Assembly: GCA_965153455.1 (NCBI GenBank)
Contig: OZ234493.1
Span: forward strand, 11,646,213 to 11,710,212
Reading direction: 5' to 3'
DNA length: 64,000 nucleotides
Source: Sphagnum compactum
Taxonomy: Eukaryota
Positions 13,347-26,563 of the stretch are shown piece by piece (within the stretch, counting starts at the first letter, position 1; each line of letters opens with the position of its first letter). The translations under genes were made by a program, and so were the position numbers. A model generated the notes under the pieces. That model made no database searches, had not been told where the DNA came from, and worked only from the letters and a program-made list of their open reading frames with translations.

Positions 13347-13372
13347 TTTTTTTTTTTTTTTTTTTTTTTTTT
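13347..13372 (-). repeat. 26-nt poly(T) run (poly-A on the minus strand; possible retroposon tail)
   Basis: Uninterrupted T run; no TSD identified. Confidence 0.5.
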
Positions 13373-14780
13373 CCTTAAAAATTTATACAAATACAACCGA
13401 GTGATGAACCAAAAGTTTGAAATGGGAAAATATTCAGTGAACTAAACTCCAGGCAAAACCACTATGACATGGGGTGCCATAGCCACTTACAGAATCGTGT
13501 CTCTTTAAGGATTTTAAAGGTTTGGGAGCAATAGTTACATGCAATGGTAGACATCATGGCCTCAACAAGAGAGCTTTTTGGATCAATAAATAGCTGGGGG
13601 TTCAGGGAACTACTAGGCCCCCAATCATTCATTCATTCATTCATCCATCCATGCATACATACATATATCCATTAATGACCAGAACTAGTTTTATACCTTA
13701 GACATTTTGATCCATTTATTTCAGAGTGTTGAAGAAGAGTTTCCAAAGGGGCAGAAAGAAGTTCTGAATCATGTGGAGCCATAGCAATCAGCACAAAATC
13801 ATTCAGAAACCAAAGAGTAGTTGAAGGGAAAAACAAAACTATGGATATTTGTCAAAATTGTTGAAAATTGAACTCCCAACTTGTGAAAAACTATTTATTG
13901 GCCCAACCATTTCATTACTATTACAAATACCCAACATAGAGTGCACATTGACTTATTCTTCAACTGTTGAAAATTTGAAAAATTAAATTTGAAATTGTCA
14001 AACCTTTTTGTTTAAATAAATAAATAAATATTCGACAAAGAAGTGCCAATCATCAGTTGTAGGTATAGTGCTTACAAAGTCTCAAGCAAGTAGCATTGAG
14101 ACTTGATATAAATGTATAGGTTTGGGCCATTAATAAGTATAGGAGAAGGGTCGGACCAGAGGCCCTTCCTTTAGCTTTGAAGTGCCTAGACACAAGGGTA
14201 GTAGACCCAAATGACAGGCACCGAAACACAAGGAAGGACTGAGGCCCTTCTCTGGCATAAAAACCTGCACTAATTTTCAGAGGATGAGCAAATCCTCCAC
14301 ACAAGAGAGTTATCAGTAAAGTAACCCTGTCTTCACCCTGTCTTTGTGCCTTCTTTCACCCCCTATCCCCTCTTTCAGTGGTATCCGCAAAGTAAAGACA
14401 TTTCACTAAATCTCAGTATGAAATGCTGAAGGTATTGAATGCAGAAGGTTCTAGACTAATTATAGTAGTTGTACTGTAAGGAGCAGTGAAAATATATGTA
14501 GCAGTAGTGGAGGCGCTCAAGAAAAAGGAAAGACATGATGAAACTCAGTTTACCACCAAAGTTGATGGTTTTCTGAGTTTCATCCCCCCTTGAGTGCTAA
14601 TGTACTTTTTTGCAGGGTTTTATTTTAATCTCACCCTGTGTATGACCAAACTCAGGGTTCTGGTGCTGTGTTTTTCTTACTTCACGGATAACTCTAAGAC
14701 GTCTTCCTGGACAATTATTGCTGAGTTCTTTCTTGCAACTGACAATGGTCATCAATATGCACTACAAAAATTAGGGCATG

Positions 14781-14886
14781 TTTTGACGTGTAGGGTGCAC
14801 CCTCTAGACTGAGGGTGGAGCCTGAGGTCTAGGGTGTAACACCTTTGGATCGAGGGATGGAGCTCGAGGTCTAGGGTGTAACGCCT
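14781..14886. repeat. ~40-bp minisatellite, about 2.5 copies
   Basis: TAGGGTG(TA)AC..GAGGG(A)TGGAGC..GAGGTCTAGGGTGTAAC repeated. Confidence 0.7.
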
Positions 14887-15099
14887 TGCTGCGTAACGTA
14901 GATAATCGAAGAAGGTTCCAGACCAGGTGGAGAATGAGTGAAAACATGGGGAGTCTTTGTTGTGTACTTACTTACTTACACCTTTGATCATCATAACTTG
15001 TGGACCCTTCTTCCTCTCAGAGTCAAAAGAGACAAAAGCTTTTTTGCATGGAAAAAAGTGCTCAGATGTATTGAATCCACTCAAGTTGCTTCCACCACA

Positions 15100-15189
15100 G
15101 AATGGAAGGCCATGGGCGAGTGAGTGGGCTTCGCTTCTGTTGGAAGCAATTTACTTGACCAACAGAAGCGAAGCCCATGCCTTCCACTC
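15100..15189. other. Long hairpin with a 19-bp perfect stem
   Basis: TGGGCTTCGCTTCTGTTGG (15125-15143) pairs with CCAACAGAAGCGAAGCCCA (15159-15177) around a 15-nt loop. Outer TGGAAGGC and GCCTTCCA also pair. Confidence 0.85.
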
Positions 15190-16239
15190 AGCCTCCAGAT
15201 TCCAAATTATCATTACTAGGACGACAAACTTGAAATGGTCGGTAAACCAGCAAAATGTGCACAACTTTTTTACTTGGTGTTCTTCTTCACATGCTTCTTC
15301 TCTATTCCTATTTAGTGGGGGCCCCAAGTCCATATGGTATTTAGGAAAAACACGCCTATGGTAGAACATTTAGTGTCTCAATGTTCACCGAAATGCAAGG
15401 GAGTGCTCCTTTCATTTTGATGACTAAAAACAATATGCGCCCTTGGGGCGCACCCATTGCACTTTAAATCATCCAAAACAAAGTACATATGAATGAGATA
15501 TGGCAATTTGAAGGGAGAGGGATCAAAAGTCAAAAAATTTGAAGTTTAGAACACATGGTAACCTATGGGTGACAGCTTTTTTTGCCCATGTACAAATAGT
15601 ATCCAATGTATGATGGTTTAGTACCTATTATTTTCAGTTCATAAATGAAAAGTGTCCAAACAATTTTCATCCTTTAAATGGTCATTTTACAATTCATGGT
15701 CAAGATCCTCCCAAGAAAAGGGCAAAAAATCCAATGGCCATAGGCATAACCAAGTTGAATTTAGGGTTTAGGACTGCATGCACTTGGGAGCGACACAAAA
15801 CTGTGGGTGCCAATGTTCTTTAACTCAATTTTGTCATGTGACTAAAGGTGGCAATCATTCCAAAGAAAAATTAGCTAGATTTGGCAATTAAAAATCTGAA
15901 AATAAAGATTTTGAAACTTTCTTCTATATTTTTGGCAACTATGCATTAGTATAGCAATTCGCAACATATATTTATTTATGTATTTTTTTATATTTTTATA
16001 TTTTGTATTTGACAACTTGAAAACCCAAAAAACACCCAAATATTTCCATTTTGAAATTAAAATTCGACATTTGGCAATTTTTCGAAAAAACAAAAAAAGA
16101 ATCATTGGTGGGAAGTCCTCATGAAGCTTATGCTTGTAGCCGACTTTTGGAAATAAAATTCTCCCCTCAACCTCCTTTCTAATCTCTATGGTGTGATCTA
16201 CTTTTTCCCATAACCTCTTTTTTAATCTCTGTGATGATC

Positions 16240-17400
16240 TCCTCCAGCAAAGCCATGGGCTCCTCCTCCTTCAAGCTCTAGGATTATGCTCTTCTTGCTC
16301 ATGTTTTTTTGAAAAATAATCAAAGTTGTCATAGATCTCTTGCTTGTGCTTCCTCAAAATGCAATTGTTTCAAGTTGTGATGTTTCTCTTATTAATGTTG
16401 CCTGGTAGTCACGTTGCTCCAAAGCCATGATGCTCCTCTTGCTCCTCTTTCTTGGCCTAATCTAATTGCTCTAAAGCCATGATGCTCATATTTCTCATGT
16501 TTTTCAAGATGTTCATCTTGCTCGTGTTTTCTTTGATGTTTTTATTGCTTGTGAGTTTTGTCGTGCCCCCTTTGGCTTTTGCTTTTATGTTATGCTCCTG
16601 CTCCTCTTATTGGTAGTCCAGTGGCTCCAAGCCATAATGCTTCTCTTACTGGTAGTCCAGTGGCTCCAAGCCATGATGCTTCTCTTACTGGTAGTCCAAT
16701 GGCTCCAAACCATGATGTTCCTCTTGCTTATGCTTCCTGGTAGCCCAATTGTTTTAAGTTGTGATGTTTTTATTGCTTGTGCTTCTTGCCAACCTAGTTG
16801 CTCTGAGTTGTGATGTTCTTACTCTTCTTATTAGTAGTCCAGTGGCTCCAAGCCATGATGCTCCTCTAGTTTATGCTTTCCGGCAACCCAGTTGCTCTAA
16901 GTTGTGATGTTCCTCTTGCTTTTGCTTTTACATGATGCTCTTACTCATCTTATTGACAATCTAGTGGCTCCAAGCCATGATGTTCCTCTTGCTTACGCTT
17001 CTTGGCAGCCCAATTGCTATAAGTAGTTGTGTTCCTCTTTTTTTGCTTTTACGTGATGCTCCTAGTCCTCTTACTGGCAATCTAGTGGCTCCAAGCCACG
17101 ATGGTCCTCTCGCTTATGCTTCCTAGCAACCTAGTTGCTTTAAATTGTGATTCTATTCTTCCTTGTGATTTTTTTCATGTTTTTTTTCTTAACAATCTAG
17201 TGGCTCCAAGCCATGATGCTCCTTTTGCTCATGCTTCTTGGTGGTCTAATTGTTCCAAGTTGTGATGTTCCTCTTGCTCATGCCTCTTAGTGGTCCAATT
17301 GCTCCAAGCCATGATGCTCCTTTTGCTATCATTTCATAGTAGTCTAGTTGTTATAGGCCCGTGATATTTTATTTTATTTTTCCATGATGCTCTTCTCTCT
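16240..17400. repeat. Degenerate ~39-bp minisatellite with a higher-order ~118-bp unit
   Basis: Repeated TGGTAGTCCAGTGGCTCCAAGCCATGATGCTCCTCTT(G/A)C, alternating with variant GTTGCTCTAAGTTGTGATGTTCCTCTTGCT units. Confidence 0.9.
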
Positions 17401-17699
17401 CGTGTTTTTTTTGTGATGATCTTAAGTTCATGTTTTCTTGCTTGTCAAAGTCATAGCAGTTGTGATCCTCTCCCACTTCCTCCCACTTCATGTTCATTAA
17501 GTTACGAATTTGGTGGGTGTAAACGTGCTAGAACATGCCCATTTGTTCGATGCCTTGCCATTGCCACATGTTTAGCAGCCCATTGTGCCTTTGTTGTGAA
17601 TCCAAGGTTCACACCTCAGTATCCCAATGGGTGTGAACGCCAGCCCATTTGGAATTTTTTGTAGAAGGTGTTTCCTACACTTTTTATTGTTATTGCAGT

Positions 17700-19652
17700 C
17701 CACATTGCATCAAATTGGGCCTTTGCACGCCAATTGGCTACTCACTCTACAGCTCGCTATGTTGCAACCAGTACCTATGTTGCTTTTATGGCTTTATTTT
17801 CCTCCTTCTCCTTTCATTTTGCTTTATTGTGTTCTTCTACTACTGCTTTGTCAAAAAAATTTACAAGATTCCCAAATATTTAATAGAGGTCACTATATGT
17901 GATTTAGAGTAATCCACTAATAATTCTTTACCTTGTGTAGGTCTTGCAAGTAGACGAGGTAGGGCTAGTAGGTTACATCACCTCTTGAGTGAGGTTTGCC
18001 GAAGTGGGAACATCTTCCTGTTGAGTTGTTTCAGATATGTTGATTATTTCTTCAACTGGACTTCGAAGTCTTTGCATGTAGTATCGATGTTCCCCTTGTT
18101 GTGTAGTTATAAAATCATTTGTAGGCTTTATTGTAGAACCCATATTCATTATGTTAAACAATTATATAGCAACTCTCTATTCTTGTTCATCTTGATTAGC
18201 TTGGTCACTTGAAATGTAATCATCTTCACCCTCAGCTTTTTCACCTTCACCCTCTTCATTTCCTAATGTTGTTGTTGTTGTGTAAATGGTTGAAGGTGTT
18301 ATTCGATTATCCATTGCTCTACAATTAAGTGGCCATATTCCAATAACCCTTAAACCATACTTAATGTTTTGTAATGTCAAGGATTGGTCCAAGGCTTTAT
18401 CCACCAAGCCAGCAAATGTAATTTTGTTTGGTTTTTGGTATTTGATTCTAGCCATAGTTCCATCCCTTTCTTTCTTAAATGTAGTTTTGAATGGCTTAAA
18501 ACACAAAACATCAAGGGGTTGGAATGCATGTGAGGTGTGCAAGGGTAGGATTATCATGTATAAACCAAAAGCCATTTCTTGTTCTAGGGCTTTCAATGTA
18601 ACATGTGATCCGTGACCATCTAGATCTAATAAATGATGATTGGTTTGGGATATCCCACTTGGAACAAAGTGTTTGAGAATGAAAGGAATTCTTTGAAAAG
18701 GAAATTTATCATCCATGCCTTTGTCTACATTGTCAAACATGTTCATGGTTTGCATTTTTGGATGTAATCATCATGTAATCTTTTTCCTCTAAATATGTAG
18801 AACCCCATCAAAACTGACCCAACATTATTGGCAATGCAATTTATTGTTAACCACTTTCAAAACTTGGGTATGGTACTATAGACTATTTGTGAGCCCCTCT
18901 TGGCTAAAACCTTACCTCATGCTTACCTACATACCTTAATTTCTATTTCATCTGAATTCCAAATGTGGTATGGTTTATACTTGTGTTGTTGGTAAAGGGC
19001 TGCCAAGTTGGAGTAAAAGGATTTGCAAAAATCAATAGTGAATCCTTATGTTCTTGAGACTTTTAATCCCTTTGCTTGTCTAATGATTATGTTAAAATGC
19101 CTTTTTTGGAACCATTTCCACCAAGAATTTCTTGGAACACCATCCTTGAATGGTGTTGGTCTTATTTGTGTGATTTCTGTAACCTTCATTTTCAGCTATT
19201 GTATGGTGATGGACAACCCACATTCCTGTAAAACTAATGTCCATTCAACTATGGTTTTGTTTTCTTCCTCCATCAACACACCTATTGGTCCCATCTTGTA
19301 ACTCCTTGTTTTACCATTCAAGATGATCGGATAAGGAAGTAAGTGGTATCCCCCATGACTAGCTTACTTTTCATTGGGAGTGGGTCCCTACTTCAACAGC
19401 TTCCATTGCTTCTTCAAAAGTTTAATTAATCCATGTTGATTTATTTTTTCTTGGTGGGTGTTTTCTCCCAACTTGGCATTGTGTGTGTGGTGTATTTGAT
19501 TTAGGTGTTGTTTGTCGTATCTCTGTAATAGATGTAACATGTGTAGTTGGTGTAATAGATGTAGCAAGTACAAAATTTGACGATTGGTTTTCCTTGTCTG
19601 CTAGTTGGTCCAGGAAAGCAAATCGACGCCTCCGAGGGACAACAAACATCAT
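17700..19652 (-). pseudogene. pogo/Tc1-mariner-superfamily transposase relic (psq-HTH, CENP-B HTH, DDE_1)
   Basis: FEEAMEAVEVG..SWGIPLTSLSDHL..GKTRSYKMGPIGVLMEEE, then TPFKDGVPRNSWWKWFQKRH (~19110-19420). LDLDGHGSH..ILPLHTSHAFQPLDVLCFKPFK..LRVIGIWPLN (18177-18755). Stops and frameshifts present. Confidence 0.85.
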
Positions 19653-20242
19653 TTTGAACTAGCCCTTCCTAAATCAAGCCTCCAACTGGAAGGGCTTATG
19701 TAGTCCTTTCCCACTAAAAGGTTTCCCTTATTATTCATGTAATCACCCCAAGACCACCCAAAATTTGTTAAGTCAAGGTAGGTTTCAAAAACATGTGCTT
19801 CAAGTTCACTCGTTGAAATCATGAATTCATAGAACCCTAAAAAATCTTCCCACACTAAATCCTTGTCTTCAGTCTTTGTGCAGGCTATCAGGATATACTT
19901 ATATGTGCAATTCACCCATGCAATCTGGTATCTTGGCTTTTTAGGCCTCAGATCTCTAGCATCAAACTTAATGGACTTTTGTATCCATCGATAATACAAT
20001 GACTTAAAAAACTTCTCTTTGGAAAGTCTACTAAAAGTTTGAAAATCTATTTTTGGTGGATCTGGAATTGAAATGTGTAGGTGGTTTTCTACTTCCTCCC
20101 TGGTCTCATGTTTCCTTTCTTCTTGATTGTTGGTAAATTGTTTAGAAAACGGGTAAACATTGAAAGTTGTTGGTCTACCTTTCCTTTCCCCCTTAGATTT
20201 ACTTGAAATGCATGTTCTACTTTGATTGATGGAATTTAAACT
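19649..20242 (-). CDS. Stop-free 198-codon frame of unknown function directly upstream of the pogo transposase
   Basis: Open from just after the TAG at 20243-20245 to the TGA at 19649-19651 (..IPDPPKIDFQTFSRLSKEKFFKSLYYRWIQKSIKFDARDLRPKKPRYQIAW..). Its stop overlaps the ATG of the next ORF (ATGA). Confidence 0.4.
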   Translation of the reverse strand, partial: SLNSINQSRTCISSKSKGERKGRPTTFNVYPFSKQFTNNQEERKHETREEVENHLHISIPDPPKIDFQTFSRLSKEKFFKSLYYRWIQKSIKFDARDLRPKKPRYQIAWVNCTYKYILIACTKTEDKDLVWEDFLGFYEFMISTSELEAHVFETYLDLTNFGWSWGDYMNNKGNLLVGKDYISPSSWRLDLGRASSK

Positions 20243-21163
20243 CTAGATGGTAATTTCTAATTGTCCTCTTCTACTTTCACCTTTGTATTTTCCTAATTTG
20301 CACTAAGATCTACTTTGGTGGCTAGAATTTGAGGTTTTGATGGTAATCTTTGGAAATCATACTCAACTTTCACCCTATCCTCTCCCTAACCTAATGTGAT
20401 CCCATAACTTGAACATAGACCTTTTGATCCTTGTCTCAAAAATATGGCATTAGGACAAAGGAACTTTAAGAAATGTTGCAACTTCTCTTCCACACTTCTT
20501 GGTAGTTTTGACATCCTTAGCTTATAATGAACTTGGTGAAAATGAGAGAAATGGAATGAAAGTGAAACTCCCAACCCTAAACCTTGCTCTAAATGTCTTT
20601 TTTGTGTTTTTGTGCCAAGTTTGTATGGGGTGCGAAAGTGCACCCTTTGATGGGTGTAAGTCACCATAATGTGTTAGGGTTGTTCTGACAAAATTTAATT
20701 GTTTTGGGAACATGTGCATTGGAACACTAAACCCTAATCTAACAACTATTGATTCCTTCCATTATTTTCTTACTATGAACCCTAAATAACCCTATAACCA
20801 AACACAACATTCTTTATGGTGGTTCACTATTGAAACCCCAAAAATCCCACCCTTTCCCAAGAGTAAACATTTTAAAGAAAAAATTGGGCACAGATAACAC
20901 CCATATCCGAGCATAACAACAAAATTTCCGAACACAAAAGAAAATTATATGGACAAAAAAGTTCATTTTGTGGGCAAATGGTGTAAATTTCTGAACACAA
21001 AAGTTTATGGATGAGTGTTCGGTCATAGAAAAAAAAATGAACATTGAAAGGATTAGGGTTCCATTGTTCATGGGTTGTTTTCTAAACATAATGGGCATTT
21101 GCCTATAGGTGTCTGTTCGCCCATAGGTGTGCTTACCTTAGATCAATGTGGGTGGGTATTTGA

Positions 21164-21486
21164 TTTTGTTGGCCTTGCCTACAAAGGCAAGGGATATTGA
21201 GTTTAAATTCATTATAGAACATAACAATTTAATGGATTTTGGCCCCTAGGTAATAATAGGTCTATTTTTATATGACAATTTTTGAAAGATGATATTTTGG
21301 TTTGTGTTGAAACGTAAGATTAGTTATCAAATTATAATAACTTGAAGGATTTCAGTTTCTTTTAGAGGATTTTTTGAAGATTATATTTTTGCATGGTGAA
21401 ATATTTGAGTTTCCAAAATTCTTCTTTTGCCTTAAGATATTTTTTAATGTAAATGGAAAAGGCCACAATGTAACACACTCATTGTT
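21164..21486 (+). mobile_element. ~330-bp interspersed element, copy C
   Basis: Starts TTTTGTTGGCCTTGCCTACAAAGGCAAGG (perfect CCTTGCCT/AGGCAAGG hairpin), has the shared core, and ends AAGGCCACAATGTAACACACTCATTGTT. Confidence 0.8.
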
Positions 21487-24400
21487 AATAACCTTTGACC
21501 ACTAGTTATTTCAAAACCTTGGAAGAATTAACAATCTTCATGAAAGCAACACTTTTACATAAAGTTATTTGATTTTCTTAAGATTTAAAAAATCATGGTT
21601 ATATGTATATTAGAACTAACTCTTTGACCTTTTAAGATTTGTGGTATAAAAGTAAAGAACCTGAGGGTGGGTTTGTGCCAAATTTTTAACACTCGTCTTC
21701 TCCTATACGTTGTTCCCCCTCCCCCATCCCTTCCTCTCTCCTCATACTACTTTTGTCCAACTCAAATCAATTTATTGTCATGGTATTCACTTCTTTTTCA
21801 AAATTAAAAATATAACTAAAATCATTAAATAATTAAATTTCACATCTTAAAAATACATAATTATGATACATCCACACAAGATGATTTTTTCATAAGTTTT
21901 TAATCATGATTTCAAGATACTTAAGTTCATTATTAAAAAGGTGGTTTTTGACACACCTACCTCATAAGCTATTAGGATGACCAATTGTGTTGTGACAAAA
22001 AATGCAATATCCTCTCCATGTTATGGTTGTCTATAGTGGTCTTAGAATATGTAAACAAATAAGTTTTCATGGCATTTTATTATAACTAGACCTACTTTGA
22101 ATACGATATTAGCCTATTTAGACATTCAAATATTATTCTAGCCCCATTTTATAAAGGCTTAAATTCTCTAGGTACATAAGTATAATTTTATTGAAAAAAA
22201 TATAAACTTGACCTTAAATTTTGAACAAGTTATTATGTTTGATTTGTTGTCCATAATTAATATTATATAACATTTATTTGGGAGTGTGTGCATTAGTTGA
22301 ACAAACTAATTACACATTTTTTTATGGTTTAGTTATGCATAATGGAGATGGAATTAGACCTTGTGTTAAACCATACCAACTTTAAATTCTTTGTGAAAAT
22401 GATTAGAACATAAGGCTTTAGAAATCCAAAAAATCAATCTCAAAACCAAACTTGAGGCTCCATCAAAAACAATAAATAAAAAAAACTAAGACCATAAGTT
22501 TTTGTAAAAATCAAAAAACAAACAACAGTGGTGTACACATGCCTCATATTAGCCAAAAAATGGTATTGGACTTATACTAGGACTAAACTAGTAAAAAATA
22601 CTTTTAACGGACCCAATATTAAGACTAGGCTAATATGAAAGTTTTTAAATGACTCAATAAGATGGTCATTTTAAAAGTACCCAATACCAAAACAAATAAT
22701 CAAGATGATATAATGTTCCATAAATTTAAACAAACACAAGTTTATGGCACTATGTTTATTTGATGAAACACCAAAAAAATACCTCACACCCCAACAAAAC
22801 TAGAATTCCCTCCACAACTTGGTACAAATTGAATTTGATGTTGAATTGTTACCCATTGCAAGCCCACTAGCTCGTGCACATAAAGTTCATTGTCTTATGA
22901 AGCTCATGCATGTGAAGGTCTTCGAGTCCCTTTTTTTTTGTTTTGTTTTCTTTTTTATGAGCTTTACAAGTTTTATGAACATAAACAAGAGGAGGTGTGT
23001 GGTGCTCAAACTAGAGGGAATCAAACTACCACTACAAAAAAATAAATCTTAAAGAAAACATTGCCCCTCCTCCAAAACCAAAAGCCTATGGAAGATGTTG
23101 GACGATAAAGAAAAGGAAACTTCTGAACAAATTTTGAAGCAAATCCTTCACCCTTGTGTGTTTTTTTTTGAAGAAATTGATGTTCATGTTTTTCAATTTG
23201 TGACTAATTGCTTACATTTGTTACATTAGGCCATAATAGGTTATTATTATTTACAATTTTTACCTCTAGTGAGCCATTTGGGTATTATTGTGGATTCAAT
23301 CTACCACCACTAACACATTAAATTGCACAAAATTCAAGGAAAGAATTGACCTAGGTAAATGGGTATTGTTTGCTGAAAAAACAAAACACTACTTTAGGTG
23401 ATATTGGGTGTTTCCACAGTCAACAACATTGATGTTAGGCATAAGATCCCAATTTTAGTGATCATCTAAAACCCTAAATATATATCATAATAGCCATGAA
23501 ATGAAGGAAACAAATTTCCAATAATTTAGAATTTCATGACAAGGGGATCGATAAGGGGACCATTGCATTATATTTGATGCAACTTTGTGATAAACTTGTG
23601 AATGAAGGTTTTTGAGGAAAAATCATGAGCTACATTCAACATGTTGATCTTGAAATCATTTTGCACAAATTGTGGAAACATCAATAACAACAATTGGTCT
23701 TCTTTGCATGTTAGAGCATATATTATAAATGTGTAGCCCATGGGTTGAAAAAACAATTGTTGGAATGGAGTTGATGTTGGGTTTTCAAATTTTGATTTCT
23801 TATTGCAAGTTCTTGTGGACATAAACCAAAAGGGAATGGAAGGTGAAAGTAAAACCAACAAAACACCACCTTACGAATTTTTTTAATATGTTCAAAAGTT
23901 GATACCCAAGCACCATTGGTGGGTATCTATGGGAAAAAAGGTCTTTCCATCACCTGTAACAACTGCCCATTATAATTAACTTTTAAGATTTCTTTTAGAC
24001 TTTATAAAGCAATATAAGTCCATGACTTTCGTCATCATCTCCTTCTTTAGTTTTGGGATTAGACTGTTATATGAGAGGTTGATTGAATAATGTTATGAAT
24101 ATTATTGTCGTTGTTGCATACACAAACATCAAACATCTTAAGGATAAAAAATGAAATCCAATGATTCCATTAAATGAAAATGTTGTAATGACACGTTAAA
24201 GATTTCCCAATTTAATTTTGAGGGCACCTTAAATCCATAATAAGTTCTTATGACACTATAATGTTCTTATGTTTATGGGTTGGCTTTAACATTACATAAG
24301 GGCCAACCATTTTTTCTTTACATCATGAATAGGATCTTGGCCATTGCCAAAATTTCGCACTTGCCTGTGCTTGCCACCTTAGGCGAGCACCTTATTTTGA

Positions 24401-26563
24401 TAATGCCCTCGTCCATTAGCCTTATCTACATGAAGCACATTGAAAATGAATTGAAGACTTGCCCCCTTTTTTCCAATGCACAGTTATGAAATGTCAAGAA
24501 ACCCAATTCATTCATGGAATACTTTATTTAGAGTAATTTTAAAATAAATGAGCTAATTTACTTTATTTGGAGTAATTATTTACAATATATTTGCACTTTG
24601 CAATATATCATAACAACATTTAAATTCTCACAAATATACTCTTTAATCATTTAATATTAATAAAAAAAGTAGTTTCCTTTGACAATTGCATTATTTAGCT
24701 ATTGAACTACTTTATTTTTAGTATAATTTATGATTGAAACCTCTTTTAATATTAGCTTGGTGGAAGTTGAAAGTTGCAGACTTTCACCAAAAAAAATTGT
24801 GACTCCATTTTTTGGCCACCATAGTGTGCTTTCACCCCTTACCAAAAGCAAAAGTGGGATTAAAAAATCACCATTTATTCCACCTACATCACAAACTTGC
24901 CAAGCTTCATAGGTTCATACAAAAATCACATGAATTATGTGTTATGATTAATATGAATGATATTATATGAATTGTACATATTCAATATCTTAAATATTAA
25001 AATAGATGAGATTTTTATTTTTAATGACATACGTGAATGTTCATGTTTAATACAAAAAAACTGCATAATTTTATGCAAAATTACATCACAATAATTGCGT
25101 AAATTTAGTTAGAATGTAAATCATACATATTTCACATCAAAACATTATAAATAGAAAAGACATATCATTTATATAGAAGTAATATGTATATATTTCATGC
25201 CATTGTTACACTTGGAAGCCCATGAATGTTGCATGGACATATTGTTTTACGATTTTCACATGGATTCTATTAAAATTTCATGATATTGTAAGTTTGTGAT
25301 TAGTAGGAATAACCAATGTTTATAAGAACCATTGGGTTGGAATTTAAAGTTTTGTGTTAAATGCAAGACCCTTAGGAGAATTATTTTAAAAATAAAACTT
25401 GTTAGTGTTGAGGGTAGCTTAAATTTTCTTTTCCCATGGGTCTAACCTTTATAAGAACCATTGGTTCCAACTTAATGTAATACCTTAGTAGTTTTGACCC
25501 TAATTATATTATTTTCAAAAATGTTGAAATTTTCAAAAAAAAAATCAAAAACCATTTTTCAAAAAGAAGTAAAAAATATTTGATAATATTTTGGAAATAT
25601 TTCTTTTTTTATCAAATATAATTAATTATTTGACAAACATGTGTTGAAATTGCTTTCATAACTACAATAATATTGGGGATAATTCCAAAGTTGATTTATA
25701 AGTCATTTTTAAAAAATTGGATTCTGGTGTTCCCACCAAGTATTATGTGTATTGTGTGAATTGTATTAACTAATTAAAGAAGGTGCCAAAAAAATAAATC
25801 TTTTACAAGGAGCTTGTTTGATTAACCCATCACAAAAGAAAAATTCAAAATTTTGGCACCCCCCAAATAGAAAGATTACACCTTCAAAACAAAAGTATAT
25901 TTTTTACCTTTGGCCACTTTTATAATTTTTAATAATACACTTGGGGTAAAGCTATGAAATAAAATGGTGGTGAACAAAATTGAGCATCTTGGGTGTCACT
26001 ACATCACGATTTTATTGTTTAAGTATAAATTATTTTACTAAATATGTTAGTCATCACAAACTTACAATATCAAGAAATTTCAATAGAATTCATTTGAAAA
26101 TCGTAAGACAATATGTCTGTCCAACACCTATGAGCTTCAAAGTATAAAAATGGCCTGAAAAACATACAAATTACTTCTATATAGATGCTATGTTTTTCTA
26201 CTTGTGATGTTTTGATGTGAAATAAATATGATTTACATTTTAACCAAATTTGTGTAATTGTGATGTAATTTTGGATAAAACTACGTAGTTTTTGTGTATT
26301 AAAGATGAACAACATTCACGTATGTCATTCAAAAGCAATGTATCATCTGTTTAAATATTGCAAATATTGAATACATAAAAATATCATTAATATTTATCAT
26401 GCATGGAATTCATGTTATTTTTGTACGAACATATAAAAGCCGGATTTTGCATGAAATTTGTACAAACCTATGAAGCTTAGTAAATTTGTGATGGTCACAT
26501 CACCATTTTTTACCCAATGGTATGGTCTTAAACTTTTATTCCTAGTGTTCTAACCAAACTTAT

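Noticed and set aside
16558-16813. Repetitive ORFs in the 39-bp minisatellite
   Set aside because: A by-product of a unit length divisible by three; neighbouring units contain stops.
15550-21140. Possible terminal inverted repeats of the pogo element (GGTAACCTATGGGTGA near 15557 versus TCGCCCATAGGTGTGCTTACC near 21117)
   Set aside because: The match is only partial and there is no convincing TA TSD, so the element boundaries are left undefined.
23200-24500. Protein-like fragments (HLGIIVDSI; a possible CRE-like tail near 24280-24430)
   Set aside because: Too short and decayed to assign a family.
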